The notes beneath the pieces are model-generated. The model was not told the origin of the DNA, ran no database searches, and saw only the letters and a program-made list of their open reading frames with translations. From Cyanobacteria bacterium auto_48_18 (lineage in GTDB: Bacteria > Cyanobacteriota > Vampirovibrionia > Obscuribacterales > Obscuribacteraceae): 64,000 bases of DNA. Positions within the stretch are counted from its first letter, which is position 1. Each line of letters begins with the position of its first letter. The stretch is from contig JAVHQC010000006.1 of the NCBI GenBank assembly GCA_036170915.1, forward strand, positions 192,001 through 256,000, in the 5' to 3' direction. Position numbers and translations under genes: made by a program. This document shows, piece after piece, positions 58,935 to 64,000 of the stretch.

Positions 58935-60857
58935 TTATGCCTTTTCTTTGGCTGGCTTATCGTATTTGAAAAGAATGTCTTGTACAGCCATTTCTGATAA
59001 GCCAGGGAATTTGCCGTCAATAATCTGATCAGCTAATTTGCTGGCGGCTTTGTAATAGCTGTCGCTAGGACGCTCGCCTGTTAGTTTACGGCGCAGATCC
59101 TGGCAAAGTATATCGGCGGAGGCCTCTAACACAGCATTCTTTTCATTATGTGCCCAGAGAGCAGTAACCAGAATGATAATGGCATCCTGAGCCCTCTGCG
59201 ACATTTCAGCAATGCGGCATTGTCTGTCTGCCAATTTAAGCTGGTGCTTCACCATCGCCTGGCTCAGCTCAAGCGGTGTATCAGAAAGAAATTCCAATGC
59301 GAAGTCTACATGCGCTTTCAATGCCGCATTCATTCCGGAAATTTCATGAGAATCGACACCTTCAAGTTGTTTGCCGACCCACCAGAACGCATAAGGTACT
59401 AGTTCATTGCGCAGTGCAAAACCATGAAGGGGATTCATTGGGTTGAATTTTTTCAAACCGGCACGAGGAATAGCTTTGCCGATTGGCTCGAAGTATTGCA
59501 CTCCATGCTGCTTTGCCAGCGATTTGAAGAAAGCCATACCGAGCATTTCGCCCTCACCCTCATAAATACATGGAGCGAGAAAATCGTGAATGTTATCGCC
59601 CAACAAATGTCCGGCCAAAAATGATCTGCCACCATGAGTTTTCATAAACAATTCAATGGCGCATTCTTTCTCCGCCTCGGACCCGAAAATTTTTGCGATT
59701 ATGCATTCCAGTTCGCCGCGATAGCCTTGGTCCAGTAACCATGACCCCCAGGCTACCAGCGCGTCTGCACCGCAAATTAATGCAGCGGCTCTCGCGATTC
59801 GGCGCTTAACCAATTCGCGAGTTTCAATGGCGTTGCCGTAAGTGTCGCGGAACTTGGCCCAGGGCAACATATTGGCCAGCATGATTCGCATCACGCCGGA
59901 CGCCGTAGCGCAGAGCGCCAAGCGACCCATGTTGAGCCCGTGATAGGCCACAGTCAAACCATCACCCAGCGTAGGCACCAGAAGGTTTTCTTTTGGCACT
60001 TTGAAATCTTTGAACTTTAAACCGTTGTTAAAAGCGTGTTTCAATGCGTGCAATTTATAGGGAATGATTTTGAATTCATCGTTCTCGGCTTCTGGTAAAT
60101 CAGCTATTAGCGCAGCAGGCTTGCCATCAACTAAGCAAACAAGCCCAATAGTGCGGCCGGGAATAGCGTTAGTGATGAAAAGCTTATCGCCGTTAACTAC
60201 ATAATTGTCGCCAACCAGTTTTGCTTCCGTTTTAAGTGCCGTTAAGTCTGAGCCTGCTTGCGGTTCTGTCAGAGCGAATGCAGAGAGCGATTTGCCACTG
60301 GCGAGCTTTGGCAAAATGCGTTGCTTTTGCTCTTCACTGCCAAAATAGCGCACCGGGTCCACTGCGCCGATACAACCGTGCACAGAAGCTAGACCAGCCG
60401 CGGTTGGCTCGATGGAAGCCACTTGAGTCAAGAAAGTCATGAACTGTCTGGAAGTAGCTCCCTGACCGCCATACTTCTGTTCAATCAACATGCCCCAATA
60501 TCCAGCGGCCGCAAGTTCTTCCAAGACAACTTTGGCGATCTTGCCCTGATCGTCCAGCATGGTGCCATTTTTCTTGTGACGAGCCAAAACTTCAAGGGAG
60601 TTTTTCATGGCTGGCAGATTCATGGATTCGCTGTTCAGCTTAGGAGTAGAGAAAAGTTCGACCGGAACTTTTGCCTCCCAGATTGCTCGGTGAACCGGGC
60701 TGTTAGATGTCTTGTATTGTTCGGCGAAAAATGAATCTACTTCATCATCGGTACGATCAACCGCACCAGTACGCTTGGCTTCCTCTTCTGTCTTGCCTGC
60801 TAATTGCATAGCCGTTTCGGCAAAACTCGCATCTTTGGGATCTTTTACTGATGTCAT
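58935..60857 (-). CDS. Acyl-CoA dehydrogenase family protein (long form)
   Basis: YGGQG, FALTEPQAGSD, NGDKLFITN, LNMGR, IYEGEGEM. Confidence 0.9.
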   Translation of the reverse strand: MTSVKDPKDASFAETAMQLAGKTEEEAKRTGAVDRTDDEVDSFFAEQYKTSNSPVHRAIWEAKVPVELFSTPKLNSESMNLPAMKNSLEVLARHKKNGTMLDDQGKIAKVVLEELAAAGYWGMLIEQKYGGQGATSRQFMTFLTQVASIEPTAAGLASVHGCIGAVDPVRYFGSEEQKQRILPKLASGKSLSAFALTEPQAGSDLTALKTEAKLVGDNYVVNGDKLFITNAIPGRTIGLVCLVDGKPAALIADLPEAENDEFKIIPYKLHALKHAFNNGLKFKDFKVPKENLLVPTLGDGLTVAYHGLNMGRLALCATASGVMRIMLANMLPWAKFRDTYGNAIETRELVKRRIARAAALICGADALVAWGSWLLDQGYRGELECIIAKIFGSEAEKECAIELFMKTHGGRSFLAGHLLGDNIHDFLAPCIYEGEGEMLGMAFFKSLAKQHGVQYFEPIGKAIPRAGLKKFNPMNPLHGFALRNELVPYAFWWVGKQLEGVDSHEISGMNAALKAHVDFALEFLSDTPLELSQAMVKHQLKLADRQCRIAEMSQRAQDAIIILVTALWAHNEKNAVLEASADILCQDLRRKLTGERPSDSYYKAASKLADQIIDGKFPGLSEMAVQDILFKYDKPAKEKA

Positions 60858-61012
60858 GTCAATCGTTCCTATTCCGTCTGTGAACTGGTTAAAGCAAATG
60901 ATAATTCACTTAGATTTTAGACCATAACAGGCCTGATCTGCCCAGAACACCTCTTTTGTTTAGGTTGTGTTCTTCTGGTTCCCGGGCCGGGTCAATATTA
61001 AAAGCGACTGCC

Positions 61013-62293
61013 CTAGGGCTTTGATGACTCAACTATGTTAATTGAAATCGGTTTAGCTGCATTGTCTGTGATTGTGACCGTCACTGGAGTGCCTCTTAAG
61101 ACGGCCAGAAGCTCATTACCAGCCAGTCGACGCCTCCAACCAAAAGTGAGGGCATTTTGATCTGGTTCTCCCGGGGTTTGGTCAGCCCCGGGTTCAATTT
61201 CGGAGCTTGACCGATATCGCTCAGACTCTTCATTCTGCTCCCTGCCAATTTTAACTAACCCTTGCAGCTCATCACGTGTAGCTATTAACTCGGGGGCAAT
61301 TTCAAGGTCTAAAGCGCGAATTTTTAGTACCGTGTACAACACATCAGCAATCATCACATCGGCTTTAGATGGTGCTCTGCCAGACGGCCACTGTGGACAC
61401 TCCTTGTCGGGTATACGACTGGCTTCCTCAATCACCTTCATCACTTTGCGACCCCAGCCTGCCAGTTGATCAGATCGAATACCGCGGATACGCTGGATAT
61501 CTTCCACTGTATGTGGTGGCTTCTTGGCGAGTTCCAACATGATGTTGTCGTTAATTACAGATCTTGCCGGGCGATCAATGCGTTTGGCTTCCGCTTCCCG
61601 CCAGAGGCATACTGATTGCAAGACTGCAAGTTTGCGCCGATTTAGACCCTGAGCACCCTTTACTCGCAGAAATTCGCGCCCGCTTTCCTTTATATAGTAA
61701 GAATCTTGCTCGTAGAATTTGCATTCTTCAATCACCCAACCCAATCGCTCTCTTTGCGAAAGGTCTTCTTGCAAGCGTTCGTAAAGTGGAATCAAATGCA
61801 AAGCGTCGTCAATAGCATATTCAACTTGAGATTGGCTTAGAGGGCGGGCTTGCCAATCGGTAAATGATTCAGTTTTTGATAGGTTGAGGTCAAAAAGCGC
61901 TGAGAGCAGTTTTCCATAACCAGCTGGATAGCCAAGTCCAAGAAATCCTGCAGCTATTTGAGTGTCGAAAATATTTTTTGGTATCAATCCGGAACGCTGG
62001 AAAATTATGGTCAAGTCTTGGGCTGCTGCGTGTAAAACCTTAGTGATGCTGGCATCTGCTACTTTGATCCACAAATTTTGCAAATCTTTAAGTTCAATTG
62101 GGTCTACCAAAAAAACTTTGTCTTTGACGGCAATCTGCACAAGGCAAATAATTGGATAATACGTTCTCTCAGGAATGAATTCTAAGTCGAGGCCAAATAC
62201 CCCCGCCTTGTCAATCAGGTCAACCACCTCTTGTAGCTCAGCCGGATCAGTTATTAACTTTCCCTGGCCATTGTGCGCTGACTGAATTTCCAT
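61013..62293 (-). CDS. rnd: Ribonuclease D (DEDDy plus HRDC)
   Basis: LDLEF..ERTYYP, LHAAAQDL, FDTQIAA, TDWQARPL...YAIDD, HRDC WREAEAK. Start moved to ATG 62293. Confidence 0.92.
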   Translation of the reverse strand: MEIQSAHNGQGKLITDPAELQEVVDLIDKAGVFGLDLEFIPERTYYPIICLVQIAVKDKVFLVDPIELKDLQNLWIKVADASITKVLHAAAQDLTIIFQRSGLIPKNIFDTQIAAGFLGLGYPAGYGKLLSALFDLNLSKTESFTDWQARPLSQSQVEYAIDDALHLIPLYERLQEDLSQRERLGWVIEECKFYEQDSYYIKESGREFLRVKGAQGLNRRKLAVLQSVCLWREAEAKRIDRPARSVINDNIMLELAKKPPHTVEDIQRIRGIRSDQLAGWGRKVMKVIEEASRIPDKECPQWPSGRAPSKADVMIADVLYTVLKIRALDLEIAPELIATRDELQGLVKIGREQNEESERYRSSSEIEPGADQTPGEPDQNALTFGWRRRLAGNELLAVLRGTPVTVTITDNAAKPISINIVESSKP

Positions 62294-62295
62294 TT

Positions 62296-63165
62296 TTAGC
62301 TGTCCTTTCTTTCGGTTGCCACAGGTGCAACCAGATGATTGCGGCACCAGGCGAGCGACCCTGGTAAGCCCATGATTATGCTGGTGTCATGCACCACCTG
62401 CGGTAAAGGGAAAAGCAGATGATCGCAATCCAATCCACCTACTTCCAGTCCTGCACCCAGAGCTATAGCCGCAGGACCCGCAGTATCCCATGTTTTCAAT
62501 TTGCAAGAAAGATGAGCGAAGATGTCTGCTTCACCGTCTAAAATGCGGGCGACCTTGAGACCAATGCTGCCTATTTTGACTAAATCTACCAGCGCCAATT
62601 CGCCTATCCATGAGTGCTTTTTGCGATCTCGTGAACCCATAAGCAAACGTGCCTTGCTTAGCGGATCGATCTTTGTATCTGACAGACACGTGATGGCATC
62701 AGATTGCGATCCGAGCTTGCGTTTAAAAGCACCATATTCAGGGCCACCAAAATAAAGTGTAGAAGTATGTGGTTCATAAACCCATCCAAAAACTGGTTGC
62801 AGGTCAACGATTAGACCAATCATCACGCAGTATTGGCCATCATCCAAAATATAGTTTTGGGTACCGTCAATGGGATCAATCATCCAAACCCTGGTGCGTG
62901 TGCCAAGTGGTTCGGCGCCTCGCGAAATATGAAGAGCTTGGTCGTCTTCTTCAGAGACCACACAATCATCTGGAAAACGTTGCTTTAGATGTGTAGTGAT
63001 CAGAATTGACAGAGCGGTATCGGCGCCGGTGACCTTGTCGTCAAAACTAGCTTTATGCGAAATGTCCACTCCGTCTCGCATTGCCAGCGCAAGTTCGCCT
63101 GCTTCCTCCACCAGCTTTGAGACTGATTCAATATCTTCTGATGAGAGATGTCTGGAAGATGCCAA
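62296..63165 (-). CDS. Inositol monophosphatase / CysQ family phosphatase
   Basis: VTGAD, SEED, WMIDPIDGT, GSIGLK, WDTAGP. Confidence 0.88.
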   Translation of the reverse strand: MASSRHLSSEDIESVSKLVEEAGELALAMRDGVDISHKASFDDKVTGADTALSILITTHLKQRFPDDCVVSEEDDQALHISRGAEPLGTRTRVWMIDPIDGTQNYILDDGQYCVMIGLIVDLQPVFGWVYEPHTSTLYFGGPEYGAFKRKLGSQSDAITCLSDTKIDPLSKARLLMGSRDRKKHSWIGELALVDLVKIGSIGLKVARILDGEADIFAHLSCKLKTWDTAGPAAIALGAGLEVGGLDCDHLLFPLPQVVHDTSIIMGLPGSLAWCRNHLVAPVATERKDS

Positions 63166-63179
63166 CTATAAGTATTGCC

Positions 63180-63635
63180 TTAACCCGAATACATTTTGCA
63201 GCCGAACTCTTCGGCTAATTTATTGTCGAGCAAATCGGCTACGTATGCCACGTGCCAAACCAAATCATCCAGTTCTTCTTGTACTAGACCGAACGTAGGT
63301 CTTTGAGCAACTACCAGCACCAGTTCTTCATGAGTAGAAAGTGCGCAGCTAGAAAGTGTGCCGTTGAGGTCAAGTAATCGGCGGTAGAATAACTCGCGAT
63401 TTTCTGCTGGAATTTGAACCAGCGGTGCCGTAAGCCTCAAGATAGCGCCTTGCGGACCGTCCTGCACAAATACAAATATCTTGGCGCTGCCTTCCATTAG
63501 CCACCAACCCAGCCCACTGGCATCTGTCAGCATATGGTCAGCTGGATGGAGCCCACGTCTTTGAAAATAGGCTTCAACCATCACTTTCGCCTCAGACGCA
63601 AGACCGTGGCTTTTCTGCGCTCCAAAAATTCCCAT
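63180..63635 (-). CDS. YbjN / CesT-like chaperone-fold protein
   Basis: WWLMEGSAKIFV...LFYRRLLDLN...VAYVADLLDNKLAEEFG pattern; GGAG RBS. Confidence 0.65.
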   Translation of the reverse strand: MGIFGAQKSHGLASEAKVMVEAYFQRRGLHPADHMLTDASGLGWWLMEGSAKIFVFVQDGPQGAILRLTAPLVQIPAENRELFYRRLLDLNGTLSSCALSTHEELVLVVAQRPTFGLVQEELDDLVWHVAYVADLLDNKLAEEFGCKMYSG

Positions 63636-63850
63636 CTATTTCTCTCCGTGTCTTGCCCAGGGCAAGTTTCTCAGTTTGTTGCGAGATTTGATTTTAGTAT
63701 TAAGGCACTCAGTATACAAAATAGTGCCTTTCCTCAGCATTATTAAATGCGCTTAATCTCAAAACATTCTGCACTCGTGGCCACGTCACTGGGTTGAATT
63801 CAAAAGCCATGCTAGTATTGTTATCGCGAAGCCAAGCTTCGTCGTCGCGT

Positions 63851-63922
63851 TCCCGAGTAGCGCAGCGGTAGCGCAGTTGACTGTTAATCAATTGGTCGCT
63901 GGTTCGAATCCAGCCTCGGGAG
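63851..63922 (+). tRNA. tRNA-Asn (GTT), CCA not encoded
   Basis: Acceptor stem TCCCGAG/CTCGGGA, D-arm GCGC..GCGC, anticodon arm GTTGA-CTGTTAA-TCAAT, T-arm GCTGG-TTCGAAT-CCAGC. Confidence 0.96.
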
Positions 63923-63929
63923 TAATTAC

Positions 63930-63963
63930 AAAAGCGGCCCTTTCCAGGGCCGCTTTTATTTTT
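63930..63963 (+). terminator. Intrinsic terminator after tRNA-Asn
   Basis: Perfect AAAAGCGGCCCT-TTCC-AGGGCCGCTTTT hairpin with T-tract. Confidence 0.88.
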
Positions 63964-64000
63964 GATTTTAATTATGCTGGCGTAAAGCCGCCACTGCGAG

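Noticed and set aside
6628..62347. Long apparent gene overlaps from extended ORF starts (6628, 38055, 44952, 45917, 45990, 57283, 62347)
   Set aside because: Downstream ATGs (6763, 38094, 44856, 45659, 46215, 57232, 62293) fit RBS position, operon spacing or family N-termini. No fusion or frameshift is needed.
75..63891. Many 60-260 aa ORFs in the track that overlap real genes (e.g. 15642-16427, 28070-28612, 42982-43425, 63709-63891)
   Set aside because: They are antisense or out-of-frame shadows of motif-supported genes, or overlap the tRNA, and show no protein-like motifs.
1..64000. CRISPR array, cas genes, rRNA, prophage or integrase
   Set aside because: No regularly spaced repeat-spacer units and no recognisable motifs. 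The tandem repeats seen are short, in-frame and lack spacers.
63923..64000. Genomic island integrated at tRNA-Asn
   Set aside because: Only a terminator and about 40 nt follow, and no duplicated tRNA 3' end was seen within the window. It cannot be assessed here.

Overview
A 64-kb, gene-dense, mostly housekeeping bacterial chromosome segment. Gene style and content suggest a non-photosynthetic cyanobacterial relative (Melainabacteria/Vampirovibrionia, Obscuribacterales-like); this is inference only. Recognisable content includes a receiver/Hpt signalling cluster, partial CDP/dTDP-deoxysugar genes (rfbH, rfbF, rfbC-like, rfbD-like), ACT-malic enzyme, a Tat-signal Fe/Mn SOD, CtpA, a tRNA nucleotidyltransferase, EnvC-like M23, ALDH-nanE-rhomboid, tandem CNNM/CorC genes, hom-thrC-thrB-lysC, an Sdh1/type-F succinate dehydrogenase operon, aconitase, AmpG-like MFS, xth, acyl-CoA dehydrogenase, rnd and tRNA-Asn(GTT). 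No CRISPR array, rRNA, prophage or intact IS was seen. The best candidate for an undescribed system is 12053-19453: a sigma-70-like protein fused to three ComEA-type helix-hairpin-helix modules, a DUF1822-like possible anti-sigma, a zinc-ribbon membrane protein, a zinc-ribbon Ser/Thr kinase, a permuted papain-like protein, and a divergent membrane-anchored trypsin-like protease. Other notable items: an IS1595-derived gene whose DDE core seems replaced by a DprA-like winged helix; two unlinked paralogous small proteins, one with a long structured leader; a Rieske protein with non-canonical ligand boxes; a loop-deleted (CC-adding type) nucleotidyltransferase; an internal beta-subunit start in lysC; a perfect 20-bp palindromic bidirectional -10 element; and a hairpin-rich 0.9-kb intergenic region. 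All family assignments come from reading motifs by eye; no searches were run.
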